Positions 48,989 to 61,726 of a DNA stretch of 64,000 nucleotides are shown here, one piece after another. Below the pieces are notes generated by a model. The model worked only from the letters and a program-made list of their open reading frames with translations. It ran no database searches and was not told the DNA's origin. The position numbers and the translations under genes were made by a program. The first letter of the stretch is position 1. Each line of letters opens with the position of its first letter. The DNA comes from Octopus vulgaris (Eukaryota), in the NCBI GenBank assembly GCA_951406725.2, contig OX597834.1, positions 44,640,001-44,704,000 on the forward strand, given 5' to 3'.

Positions 48989-50137
48989 AAGAATACGACC
49001 AAAAGCAACAACGACAAAGACACCTTAGGATATGAATCTTCCGTTATTTTCCGAATATATTTCCTCTGTCGGTAAAACAATAGCTGCCGATATTAACTGA
49101 AACGTCCGCATTGAGAATGCAAAATGTTTTACTGCAGCAGATTTACATACAGTTGCAGAATAGATTCTGTTGTTCTAAACGGGTCGATACACCGGAAATG
49201 GAGAATGAAATTTTAATTATTTTCACTTGGTTAAATATTGATTGCTATTATCTTGTGATCATGTCAGAAACAATTTGTGTAATATTACTCGCTATTGAGT
49301 TCAAATAGATTAAATACAGTCAAGTAAAATTATGCAATATCATTAACCATTAAATCATTGAAAATTCGTTAAAAGAATCCATTTGCTACAAAGACATTTC
49401 CTGTATTTTTAATCTATTGTTTTTACTAAATTGTATTGCAATGATTGTCTTTAAATAAATATTAGTACTTTTTTACTTATGCCAAGACTAACATGTTAAC
49501 ATATTTCAGACAATTTTGGGGTAGAGAGCGAACTGAAAATAATTATTTGGTGAATAAAGAAAATTAGTCACAAGCTAACTATATTTTCATTACTGAAGGT
49601 GGAATCTCGTGACATTTCTTTGTCCTATAATCTCCTCAGGGAAACATGGTCTTCACTGTAGCTCTTGATTTCGTGATGGGAGAATCATTAAGAAAATATA
49701 CAAAAACGTACACCATAATTTAGAACGAAGAAACACAAACTAAGGGGTAAAGTCGAATGAGGTTAATACAGAAACATTTGGTGACAGCACTCATTCTTGA
49801 GTAAATAATAAAAATATTATTATTCAGTTTGTGAAATATACGGAGTTTACAAGGTTTTCGCTATTATTATAAATTCAACAATTAGCTTATTATATTAACA
49901 AACATACTTCTCAGGATTGCGTTTCATCAGGTTGTCCTGAAAGTTCTTAGCATTTTTTAAGTGCAATACAGGATAAGAAATTTCAAACATTCTCTCATCT
50001 TTATTCTTTAAAGTCATTTCCATTGTTTTCTATAACCTTTGTCCATTTAACAGACAATTTAGATATTCCGTTGGTATAAAACTCAGTTGCTTTTGATGAA
50101 AAGAAGTAATCTAAGTGGGTTTTGACACCATCTAAAT

Positions 50138-51450
50138 CAGGGCTCGGCAACTTACGGCCCGCGGGCCGGATCCGGCCCACGAAAGCATTCTGACCGCTCC
50201 GAGAGAACAAATGTTCAATGAGTTGTTTATTTAAATTTTAAATGTATTGTAATATGAGAGACGAGAGTTTCGAATACAATAAAAGGCTTGCCGTTACATT
50301 CTTTCACAAATCTTCTTAGTCACTCTACCTAATGTCCACCACCAACCGGATGTGAACACTTTGACAGCAAAACCACAATTAAAAATTCATCGGATGGAGA
50401 TTTTTGTTTTTAAAGACCGCTTATTGGTAGAGTTGAATGTTGTTTGTCCAGAAAAAATGTTTTTATTTGAAGCTATCAGCCTGTCTCCGAGAAAGGTCAC
50501 AGTGCGGGTTAAAGAAATGTCACCAGATGCTAAAAATCAATTAATCAAATCCTGCAGTGAATTGCAATATTTTTCTATTGCAGTCGATGACAGAACTAAC
50601 TTAAGTGACACAAGATAAATTGCTGTCTTTGTGCGAGGAATGACTTCAACTTATCAGATCTTTGAAGAGATTATTTAAGGAAACCGTAACCGAAGTAAAC
50701 ATCTTTGAAGCTTTGTTGAAAACGATATCAGAAATGAAATTTGATTTTTTGAAGCTAATTGGCATTACAAATGATAATGCTCTAGTGATGGTAGGACAAA
50801 AAAATGGGTCTTGTTGCACTACTGCAAGAACACATGGCCTTGGAACCACACATAAACTTGTTAAAATTGCATTATCCATCAACTGACATTGTGTGCCAAG
50901 TCTTTGAAATTTAAGAATGTTGTGAAGGCTGTGAATCTGATCCTATCTTGTGGATTACATCATCGTCAATTTAAACAGTTTTTGCTAGGTACTGAGGCAG
51001 AATATGGTTACCTTGCTTAAGTCTGCGATGTACGCTGGCTTTAGCCGAGGATCAATGCCAATAAAAGTACTTGCCTTACACAAAGAGGTGGCGATATTTC
51101 TCGAAAGCAAACGTGTGGATAGTTCACATCTTCAAGATCCTGATTGGCTTGCAACTTCGGCATTTATTGTGGATATTGGGACTCATTTAAATATCCTAAA
51201 TTTGAAACTTCAAGATAAAGGTGTAGGAGTGACAGTGTGGTGTGTAGCTTGCTTACCAGCCACATGGTTCCCGGTTCAGTCCCACTGCGTGGCACCTTAC
51301 GCAAGTTAGTGTCTTCTACTATAGCCTCGGGCCAACCAAAGCCTTGTGAAACTGAAAGAAGCCCGTCGTATATATGTATATATGTATATATGTATATATG
51401 TATATATGTATATATGTATATATGTATATATATAAGTAATGAGAGAGAGT

Positions 51451-51535
<85 letters not shown>

Positions 51536-52556
51536 TGTGTGTTTGTGTGTCTGTTTTGTCCTTCAACATCACTTGACAACCGATGCTGGTGTGTTTACGT
51601 CCCCGTCACTTAGCGGTTCGGCAAAAGAGACCGATAGAATATGTACTATTCTTACAAAGAATAAGTCCTAGGGTCGATATGCTCGACTAAAGGTGGTGCT
51701 CCAGCATGGCCGCTTCAAATGACTGAAACAAGTAAAACCCAGCTCTTAGATGAAATGCATAACGATACTGGGTTGTGGGAACATCAATTTCGAAATAAAA
51801 AATCATGCTCATATACCATCATTTCCAGGAAAGAAACCAAAGAATTCAGAAGTATTTGGGAATAAAATCGAGGATTTGAGAAATGAATTTGCATCACGTT
51901 TTGCTGCATGCAAATCAGTTTAAATTGTTTGCTAGACCATTTGATGTGAAGGTGAAGACAGTCTCAGGATGTTTTCAAATGGGATTCATTGAGATGCAGT
52001 GTGACGTCTTAGTGAGATCGAAATTTCATTCTAAGGATGTTACATTGATTGACTCCTATGCAAAATATATTTTTCCGAGTGGGAAGTATCCCAACTTAGA
52101 GAACCATGCTATCTTTGTTTGGAAGCACTTATCAGTGTGAGCAATTATTTTCCAAATTGAAGCAAACTGAAGACAATTTGAGAACAAGATTAGCAGATAA
52201 TCATCTTGATAATATTTTGCTCTTGGCATCAACGAGTTTGAAGCCTAATATTGAGAAGCTTTCAAGGAACAAAAACATCAAGTTTCCCATTAATCATTTT
52301 GGCTGCCAAATACTTTAAAGATTTTGTTTTTAAAACAAATGATTCCAACGATGTCTTAAATTGAATAAATGATGTTTTTCCATTACTGCATCCATTTGTG
52401 GTTAATACAAATTATTTTTAAGTGTAGCCAACATTCATGATTAAATTTTAGCTTGTGTAATTTTCCATAATTATTCTTTTATGTCCTTCGTCTGGCCTGC
52501 TATTCGTCATTAATACTCGATGTGGCCCGTGGTGGTAAAGAAGCTGCAGACCCCTG
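50138..52556 (+). mobile_element. hAT (Charlie/Buster/SPIN-like) DNA transposon with decayed transposase
   Basis: TIRs CAGGGCTCGGCAACTT / CAGGGGTCTGCAGCTT; 8-bp TSD ATCTAAAT (50130-37) / ATCTAGAT (52557-64); remnants YFSIAVDD.T..SDT, CIIHQL, VRWL.SRG, SLFGSTYQCEQLFSKLK. Confidence 0.9.
51220..51737 (+). mobile_element. SINE type B nested in the hAT transposase
   Basis: Full family match interrupting ...LNLKLQDK. Confidence 0.9.
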
Positions 52557-54303
52557 ATCTAGATCATATTAAGGTTTTATTTTAGAGAAAAAAGAAACAA
52601 ATGATAGTCAGATGGCACATTGTCACTGGAGGGTGGTGGATGGGGCAAGAGATCCCACCCAAGTTTATGCAACTTTGTGCAGGTGGCCAAAGACACACAT
52701 CGTTAGGCATTGTTCTGGTGGACCACAATCTCTCTCCAGCAAGAGAGCGTTTGTCTCAATTCCTTGATCTTTTGATTCATATTTGGTAATTGATAACAGT
52801 ACGCATTAGAACTGGGGTCTAATTTTGTGGGGGTAACTCATGGTAAATAATGCCTTTGAAATCCCACCAAGCACAAAGCAAGAAGTTTTTGAATGAATAT
52901 TCTGTTTATGGAAGTTGTTTAATGGGAATCCCCACAAAAATCTACGATCTTTTTCTTACTATATTATCGTAAAGAATCCATTTTTCGTCTCCAGTTACCA
53001 GTTCTTTTGGGAAAGGAATATTTTCATTACGTTTCAGAATATTGATCCATGCAGTTTCTTTTTGACAGCTCATGAGGCGTCCAAACATCATAGTGAGAAA
53101 CATAACCAATTTTCACTAAGAGTTCGTGAACGTCAATTTTGGAAACTTCCAACTTCTCTGCAAGTTCTCTAATCGTAATAGAGCTTTCTTCAATGTTTAC
53201 CTTCAAAATATCGTCATCTAAGGTTGAAGGTTTTCCCTTGCGACTGTCATGTTCCAGGCTGATCTCACAACGTCTAAGTTTTGCAAATTATCTTCGAACA
53301 GTTGATTCACCTACTGCAAATGGCAATTACGACTGAAAGTAAAATAAATGTTGATTTTAAGGCAAGAAAAATACCTCAGATTTCACATAGCAAAATCTCA
53401 GAAAAATAGCAAAGGATACGCCTCTGGGTGTTATTAGATTGAGCAAAACAACTGCAAATATTTCACTAAAATTTGGATATTATCCTTGTGTAGTTGGGCT
53501 TTGTTTGTAAAATGAACTATTTCCAGCGTTTTTAGGGTTTTTCTCAAAATGCCACTTCTGACTATGAAATAGTAATCTTTAGGTCACGATATCACCGACA
53601 ATAATTGGTGTAATAGGCTGCAATTTTGCATGTGTATTACTTTGATAGTTGCCTAGAGGCAGTTCTAGTGTGAATAGGTACACTTCCATTGTTCATCTTC
53701 AGAAACACTTGAATGCTACTACCCAGGGGTCAAAACCGCTTGAAGTACTGCATATGGTTATGAGCGACCCCGCAACGAAATCTCGGTCAACGTCATCATT
53801 GTTCTTGATTCAGCATCTAGTTTGTACCTCACTCTGTTGGTATTCCAAGTTAGAGAATATTATCTTTGATAGTTTGATAAAAGAATATTGACCTAACATG
53901 AGGTTGTGTTTGCCTTGTCGGTCATTGTGAATTTATAACTAGGTCATGAATAGATAATGTGGATATTTGATTATTATGTTTTTTTTTTATATTTTTGGAT
54001 ATTTTTGATATTTCTGACATTGTTCTTGATGTATGCCATATTTGGTTTGTTTGGGTTTTATTCAGGCTGAATGAGAGCATCTTCAATTTAGGACCGTTTT
54101 CCTACGTCTGGGGTGTTAGTCTTGCCTTTAACGCGAAACTTATCAAATAGGCTTCAGTACTATACGCAGTTCTAAATTATGAGTCATATTAAGATTAGGA
54201 TTGTTGCTTGAAGGGCTTAAAGACACAAATCCTGAAATCGCTCAGAACTTACCGGATAACCCGGTATTTAACTTACACCCTAAGTAATCCTTTAAAACGC
54301 ATG

Positions 54304-54335
<32 letters not shown>

Positions 54336-54399
54336 TGTATATAATATATTAATATTATATACATACATATTAATATATACACATATCGTAGAAAGTCAG

Positions 54400-55160
54400 G
54401 AGGTATGAGAGTAAATGCACTCGCAAGAGGATTAACAATCTTTGATACCTGGAGATGTCAAACTGTAAATGCAAATCATAAACAGCTAGAAGCACAAGTA
54501 TACAGATATACCGAAGACATCGATATGCGATTCGGTTCAGAAGAAAGTGCCAAGTCAACCTTGTCGAAAAAAAAATTAATTATAAACCCCAAATATCACC
54601 GCAAGTAGCGTGACTCAGAGATGAGATTTAGACCAAACACGTGAAATAAATTTGTGTACGCTGAACAGCAATTGTGTAGACAGGGAAAAGATGCAACACT
54701 GCACAAGAGGGAAGCTTTCCGACCGGAAAACATTAAGACCAGATAATAAAGTTGAATGCAGTAATTTGAGAGTATGTGGAGATGGAGAAGAATCAATAAA
54801 CCATATTACCATTAGTGGTCAAATCTCAGCCAAGAAAAATTAACCAATAGGCATGGCAGCGTTGGGGCTTGCCTACACTGGAAGCTATGTCAGCAGTTTG
54901 AAATATAAACTGAAATGAGATGACATAAGCAAGCATAGAAAAAAGTTGTCTGAGAATGGAAAGGAAATTGTAATGTGGAGATGTCAATACACACAAGTAG
55001 GGAGATCAATCAGGGAGAGCAAGAAATTATTGACAAGGGTCACTTGAAAAAGATATGCTCCTCAATTGCCGTATCGATTGCTGACAGATGATAATGTATC
55101 TATGAAAGAATGGAGAAATTATAGAAATACAAAGATTAGCGAATAGAGACAACCAAGACG
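54400..55160 (+). mobile_element. Highly decayed R4/Dong-like non-LTR fragment
   Basis: DIDMRFGSEESA (FG..KCA-like), RVCGDGEESINHI (CCHC knuckle remnant), HWKLC. Confidence 0.6.
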
Positions 55161-55472
55161 AATGTTATAATTGCAGCTTGCAGAATAATTAGAATATATA
55201 AGCAAAACTGTGTATACATTAAATAAAGACAATGGATCTGCGAGGAATCGGACCCTTATTATGTAGACAATTTCCAATACTGTAAAGAAGAAGCCCAAAG
55301 TGAAACACAACTCATACCCAAGATACACAGATCACCAACGGAAGTGCAGATAGCTGTTCCCTTCGTGAGTCCATTAGGTGTTGACTCCAGTCCTCTTAGC
55401 GTCTCCTGAAACCTCTCTGCTTTTGACTTTGAGGGGCAATTCGGAATCTGGTCACGTGCTGGTGACTTCTCA

Positions 55473-55874
55473 TTTACTCTTTTACTCTTTTACTTGTTTC
55501 AGTCATTCGACTGCGGCCATGCTGGAGCACCGCCTTTAGTCGAGCAACTCGACCCCGGGACTTATTCTTTGTAAGCCCAGTACTTATTCTATCGGTCTCT
55601 TTTGCCGAACCGCTAAGTGACGGGGACGTAAACACATCGGTTGTCAAGCAATGCTAGGGGGACAAACACAGACACACAAACACACACACACATACATATA
55701 TATATATACATATATACGACAGGCTTCTTTCAGTTTCCGTCTACCAAATCCACTCACAAGGCATTGGTCGGCCCGGGGCTATAGCAGAAGACACTTGCCC
55801 AAGATGTCACGCAGTGGGACTGACCCCGGAACCATGTGGTTGGTTAGCAAGCTATTTACCACACAGCCACTCCT
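55473..55874 (-). mobile_element. SINE type B
   Basis: Full family match. Confidence 0.9.
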
Positions 55875-56603
55875 CTTTCTTTTCTTTTCTTTTCTTTTTT
55901 TTTCTTGTTCTACCTGTATGACATCTGTAATTATGACGATAGCAAATGTCAGAACAGTGATTGTTACCTTGTTTCCTCATTCCCGTGAGATTTTTCTCGC
56001 TGCCTCTTCCTTAAAAATTCCACTTTCGTTGCTGTCGTCGCCTCATTGATTATTTTTTAACCAAGTTCTCGATATTTAGTTTTAGGCTGAAGTCGAAATC
56101 TTTGCTGGAAATTTTACTACGAAATATTATTTTATTTAATCGGATGTTATTTTATTTCTTTAGGCGTTTAAGATTTTCCATTTGTTTTGTTTAAACATTA
56201 ACGTTTGACACGATTTCCCTTATTTTCTGCCTTCTCGTCCTTCTCAGTATTTGTTGTCCTCGAAGTTTGATGTTCGTATTCGAACGGGTATGAGGAAGCA
56301 CTCACTTTGTTTGCACCAACAGAAGTTACTACGCATATTTGTTATTTGTTATGTGACGACGAAGTTTGCGTTTTATATTGTTATACGACGGGTAACTCTG
56401 GAAGCATATTTTTCCACCACGGGTAATATGGAATGCATACATTAAACATAATTTAACTTTTATTAAAATTAATAGTGTTAATACATAATGATGAAACAAT
56501 TACTAATTTTCGAGAAAAAAACATTTATTACCTTAAAAAATCTTGAAAATATTAAAAACGTAAAAGCAAAATTGAAAGCCAAATTACTTTCCGTATATAA
56601 TTA

Positions 56604-56836
56604 ATACATACATACATACACAAATACATACATACATACATACATATCTAGATACATACATACATGCATACGTACGTACGTACGTACATACATACATACA
56701 TACATACATACATACATACATACATACATACATACATACATACATACATACATACATACATACATACATACATACATACATACATACATACATACATACA
56801 TACATACATACATACATACATACATACATACATACG
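56604..56836. repeat. (ACAT)n microsatellite
   Basis: Directly visible. Confidence 0.97.
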
Positions 56837-56844
56837 TACAAGCT

Positions 56845-57880
56845 CTTCAACTTGCTAAAATTCCAGTGAGTGTAGTCAAAGTGAGCATTGATGGTGAGCC
56901 ACCATCTTGAAATTAAAAACAAAGAGTGACTTATTATCACTGATACAAAACAGTATCGAAAAGGCATATTCCAAGGGGACAGCCTCTCAGTAGTGTTGTT
57001 TATATTTTCTGTAAACCCTTTGCCATTCATGTTAAGGAAGTCTGAAGGATATTTCATTGGTTCACATGAAAGTTAATTCGAAGACAACAGATCCAATCCA
57101 TCAATGGAACTGTAAAAATCTGCAAAATTTTCCAGAAATTGATCATTTAAGTATATAAATGAGCCTGTCTAGATATGTAGCTATATGCATGAGAATACAT
57201 ACATAAAGCAAAACATACAAATCTGCGCGTACACATACATAGATGCAAACAAATAAAAAATACCCTGTTGTTGATGTTGAAATTCCATTGAAGGAATCTT
57301 GGATCTTTGTTAGAAACTGACTCTCTATTGGCAAGAAATCTTGAAATAAAACTTAAGAATGACATCCAACAGAAATTTAGTCTGTGCAAGACCACGACTG
57401 AAGACATCAACCAAATTATTGCCAACTGCGAGAAAATGTCTTCCAGATATTATCACCCCAGCTGGCATGATGCGGTGGCCAGAACAGTCTGGAAGAAGAT
57501 AACAAAATACAAAATAAAATAACTACAGACGAAGTTCACCAAAGTGAGTCCGATGCATCAAAAGTATATTGGAGGAAATTAAGAATTACAACACACTCCA
57601 ATTTATAACTCAACCGACCAAACATTGTTGCGTGGGCGTAGAAGGAACAGGTATGTTTTACTAAGGAAATCATTTGCGTCCTGTTTACTAAGGCAGGTAG
57701 AAATATACAAGATAAATATGACATCTATGGACCATTTATAAAGGGTTTGCAAATCCAGTAGCCAAGATACAATTTTAGCTTCATATCTATTGTTGGAGCA
57801 ACGGGATACACACCAATACTTCTGTAGCAAAGTAAGGCCGAACTTGGGATCTTGTGGGGAGGACACAAACCCTAAATTCA
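56845..57880 (+). mobile_element. Decayed REL-type non-LTR retrotransposon fragment
   Basis: KGIFQGDSLS (RT), LCKTTTEDINQIIANC...HDAVAR (CCHC remnant), NRPNIV (RPD-like). Confidence 0.65.
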
Positions 57881-58024
57881 TGCGCTACGAATGATCACGA
57901 TATCTGAGACTATATAAATCAGTGCACTCCACTTAACCCCTTACACCGTAATTTATGGCTATGGGCCAAATTTTCAAACCATTTTTATAAAAGGGTTGCT
58001 ATTTTATTGTATTATTGCTATCAA

Positions 58025-58420
58025 GGCGGTGAGCTGGCAGAATTGTTAACACTCTGGGCGAAATACTTAGCGGTATTTCGTCTACCTCTATGTTCTGAGT
58101 TCAAAATCCACTGAGGTCGACTTTGCCTTTCATCCTTTCGGGATCGATGAATTAAGTACCAGTTGAGTACTGGGGTCGATGTGATTGACTATCTCCTCTC
58201 CCTCATATTTCAGGCCTTGTGCCTATAGTAGAAAGGATTAAAGCGGTGAGCCGTCAGAATCTCTATCGCAAAAGAAAATGCTTAGCGGCATTTTCCGAGT
58301 TTAAGTTCTGAATTAAAAAAACCGTCGGAGTCGATAAAGTAAAAACCAGTTGATAACTGGGGTTGATGTAATCGGCTAACACCCTCCACCAAAATTGTTG
58401 GCCCTGTGCCAAACTTTCTG
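58025..58420 (+). mobile_element. SINE type A (alternative tail) followed by an older degenerate copy
   Basis: Family match at 58025-58240; diverged repeat at 58241-58420. Confidence 0.8.
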
Positions 58421-59085
58421 ACCAATATTTGTATTTTTATTGATTTTATGTTTTTATTGTTATTATTAGTGTTGCCAGTAGTATTAAGCAATTTTGTACT
58501 TCAGCTATTTTGCCTCTCCGTCTTAAGGATGTACACGGTGCACAGTCATTCGTTTCTACTCTTAACTACAGTTTTTGAACTTGGCATTAAGTACTTTTAA
58601 CCTGCTTTAATTTTTCCGAAAGATTTTCGATCGATTTTGTCTCTTTGTTATTTCTTTAATATAACACGAAATTTAATGAATTAGAATGAACAATCCATAT
58701 CCATGACATCTACTCATCATCGATACATCGAACTATGGATTACCCTATCTTTGTCCGAGTATTAATCTTAATGTTACGAAAGCAGCTTATTGATCATTCT
58801 TTCATTTAAGTTTTTACATTTTGACTACTAATTATAAATACTAACAAGTTTACAATAAGCTGTGAACAATGTCGCACACATTATCGGATATAAACGCAAT
58901 TGTGTAAAGGCCAGTAGGTTAAATTTGTTGATATATATATATATGTATAAAGAGATAATGGCATCATTGAAACCCAAAGATGTCAGGTAATGCTGAATAA
59001 GTGCTATAGACAGACCATAGTTAAGTTCCAGATTTGGTAATATTGCGAATAAAGGGTTCAACGTTGGTTCTATGTCAGCGTGTGT

Positions 59086-59232
59086 GTATACGAATTTTTC
59101 GCGTAATAAGATAAAAAAAACCAAGGCTGTGGAGATATTAGAGCATTTATAGATAGAAGGTCTTACTATTTATAAATGCTCTAATATCTATACAGCATTA
59201 GGTTTTTTTTATCTCATTACGCAAAAGATTCG

Positions 59233-59238
<6 letters not shown>
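59086..59238. repeat. Imperfect ~70-bp-arm palindrome abutting a (TA)n tract
   Basis: Left arm tatacgaat...agatattagagcatttatagatag pairs with right arm ctatttataaatgctctaatatct...attcgtata. Confidence 0.7.
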
Positions 59239-59308
<70 letters not shown>

Positions 59309-59311
<3 letters not shown>

Positions 59312-59573
59312 AATATTAGGGAATGAATCCAAAATTACAGGGAAAAATCAGATTTAGGGTTAAATCCAATTTTATAGTAAAATATTATATAATATAATTC
59401 GAGACAAAACCACTATTTTAAAACCAAACAAGGAAAGACTTAATCAATACATAAAATTTTAATATAAATTAAATAAATAAATAAATAAATAAATAAAATA
59501 ATTTATATTAAAATTTTATGTATTGATTAAGTCTTTCCTTGTTTGGCTTTAAAATAGTGGTTTTGTCTCGAAT

Positions 59574-59584
<11 letters not shown>
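59309..59584. mobile_element. (TA)n-embedded fold-back element, family P2 copy 2 (86-bp arms 59386-59471 / 59499-59584)
   Basis: Homologous to 43300-43672; (AAAT)n spacer; sits at the 3' end of the Penelope element. Confidence 0.75.
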
Positions 59585-59617
<33 letters not shown>

Positions 59618-59619
59618 AC

Positions 59620-61670
59620 CAGAAGTTTGAAAACGCCACTATATTATATCAATTTTAATTTTTTTATGAATTTTACATGCTTCAGTTCTTGAAAAAACGA
59701 ACCTTCTCAAAAATATTTTAAAAAGTAAAGTGTAATAGAAAAGTTCATGCTTGTTTCTTACTGGTTTCAATAGAATCCATGCGGTCGTGTTTTGTCGGTA
59801 GTAGGTATAATAGCTATAAATTTCAAGTTGAGTGTAGAAAAGAAGTTCATTATTGTTTCTTGCTGGTATCAACGGGATCCACGTGGCTGCTTTTAGCTTT
59901 CTTGTGTTAGAATGACCCGCGACTGAAATGGTAGCAGCAGTAGCGATTGTTGGTTGTAGTAGTAGTAACCGTGGTGGTGGTTGGGGTTGCAGCAGCTCAG
60001 CTGTGGCAGTGGGATGACCAGTGGCTGAGATGGCAGTAGTAGCAGTTACTGTTGGTCGTAGTAGTGGTAACCGTGGTGGTGGTTGGGGTTGTAGCAGTTA
60101 AGCTGTGGCCGTAGTAGAAGCAGCAGTAGTGGAGGACTGTTGATCGTAGCAGCAATAGTAGTGACCACGGTAGTTGTAGTAGCAGTGATAGAGGAAGCAG
60201 TCGTAGTGGTCGTAGTGGTTGTGGTAGAATTTCATTTTTCTTTTCGGAAGACCAATGTTTTGTTTTAATATTCCTGGCCCAGGGTTTTCAAACTTGGTCT
60301 AAATTTTTTAATGAAATAAAGTTCTTTATTTTGGCGTTGAGTGAAGGTTACGCTGTCACTGAATTTGTAAAGTGGGCAAGTTGTAAATTTCGGACTTTTA
60401 TTTGAAGCACATCTATCTATGTGTCCGCTGACTGGTATTTTCCGGTATTCAGGGTTTCTAATTTGGGATTTATGCACCGCCATCCTTTTACGTAAGCTGT
60501 TTTTTTGTATGGCCTATATACTGCCTATTGCAACCTGCGCATGTTAAGACGTAAATTAAATTTTCTGATGCACAGGTGAAGTTTGTTCTGATGGTGAACT
60601 GATGGCCTTGTTCTAATGTGAATTCTGAACCTTCTACCAAGATGACACAGTTGGGCTTTCCACATTTTCTAACTGCTGGTTTTGTGGTTGATGTTGAGTG
60701 CAGTTTAGCTTGGGTTAAAATCTTTTTCAAGGATTTTGGTTGCCGTTTACTTTTAATGATGGTGTGTGTTTCGAGGATCCGGTTCATCTTTGGGTCTCCC
60801 TTTAGTAGGGCTGTGCTTTGTAGTATGGTTTTGAAGACCTCATTGTTAAGTGGATTGTGTGTAGAGATGTAGGGAAGGGTTTTTAATTTTTCTTTCTTTT
60901 TTGGTTTTGTTTGTCTCACGTCTTCTATACTTAATTTAAGTGTTCGTTGGATTGCACTGTCTATTAGGAGCTGTGGATAATTTCTATTTATGAGTGTAGT
61001 TCTAAGTTCCCGGAGGCGTGTGTGTCGGGTGTTTGTGTCTGATATTATGGTGCAAATCCTTCTAGCTAAACAAAAAGGGACATTTATTCTAGTGTGTCTT
61101 GGGTGGCATGAATCAAAGGGTAGGTACTGCTTGGAGTCTGTCGGTTTATAATAGATATCTGTCTCTATTTTGTTGCCGACTTTCTTAATGAGGATGTCTA
61201 AAAATGGCAATTCTTTTTCGTTATGATCCATCGTGAACTGAATATTATCATTTATTCCATTTAATAGTATTTTAAATTCCTCAAGTTTCTCTATACTTTT
61301 ATCCCAGAGGATAAGGCAGTCGTCGAGTTATCTTTTCCAGTTGTTCTGGATATAGGTGGAGAAGGTGTTTCCATATTTCTCGAGTGTTTTCTGGTAGAGT
61401 ATTTTCTCGAGGTATCCCATCACTAGGTTGGCAAAAGAAGGCGCAGTACGCGTGCCCATCGCTGTTCCCGATCTTTGTCTGTAGAAATTATTGTCAAAAA
61501 TAAAGTAATTGTTTTCTAAAATGAATCTAAGTCCTTCTATTATAAGTTCTTTATTTATGCGAGTTGGGAGTTCAAAGGAGTAGTTATTTAGCCAGAAAGT
61601 GATCGCTTCTATTCCTAGGGTGTGAGGGATGTTTGAATAAAGGTTAATTACGTCGAAGGATACTAGTAGG
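59620..61670 (-). mobile_element. Penelope-like retroelement, 5'-truncated and inactivated (RT + GIY-YIG endonuclease + 3' tail)
   Basis: LVSFDVINLYSNIP, GTAMG..APSFANLVMGYLE, WKR*LDD (stop replaces Tyr of YxDD), LPFLDI, YYKPTD, NLIYVLTCAGCNRQYIGHT. ORFs 61328-61705 and 60488-61231 share a frame; stop plus frameshift at about 60485. Confidence 0.92.
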
Positions 61671-61726
61671 GTATGTATGTATGTATGTACTCTCAAATAA
61701 TACATAGAAAAATCTATTGCAAACCT

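Larger units (their letters stand above)
49927..53340 (-). mobile_element. Degenerate mariner (Tc1/mariner DDD) element interrupted by a hAT insertion
   Basis: Minus-strand remnants LVTGDEKWILYDN (~52965-53000), WWDFKGIIYHE (~52840-52870), PSDYHLF (~52595-52615) and C-terminus FYTNGISKLSVKWTKVIENNGNDF (50001-50130); TIR-like TCAGGTTGTCCTGAAAG at 49927. Confidence 0.8.

Noticed and set aside
53755-53795. ATGAGCG..CGC..CGAAA..GTC ribozyme-like string
   Set aside because: The CUGA part of the core is absent and the stems are unconvincing.
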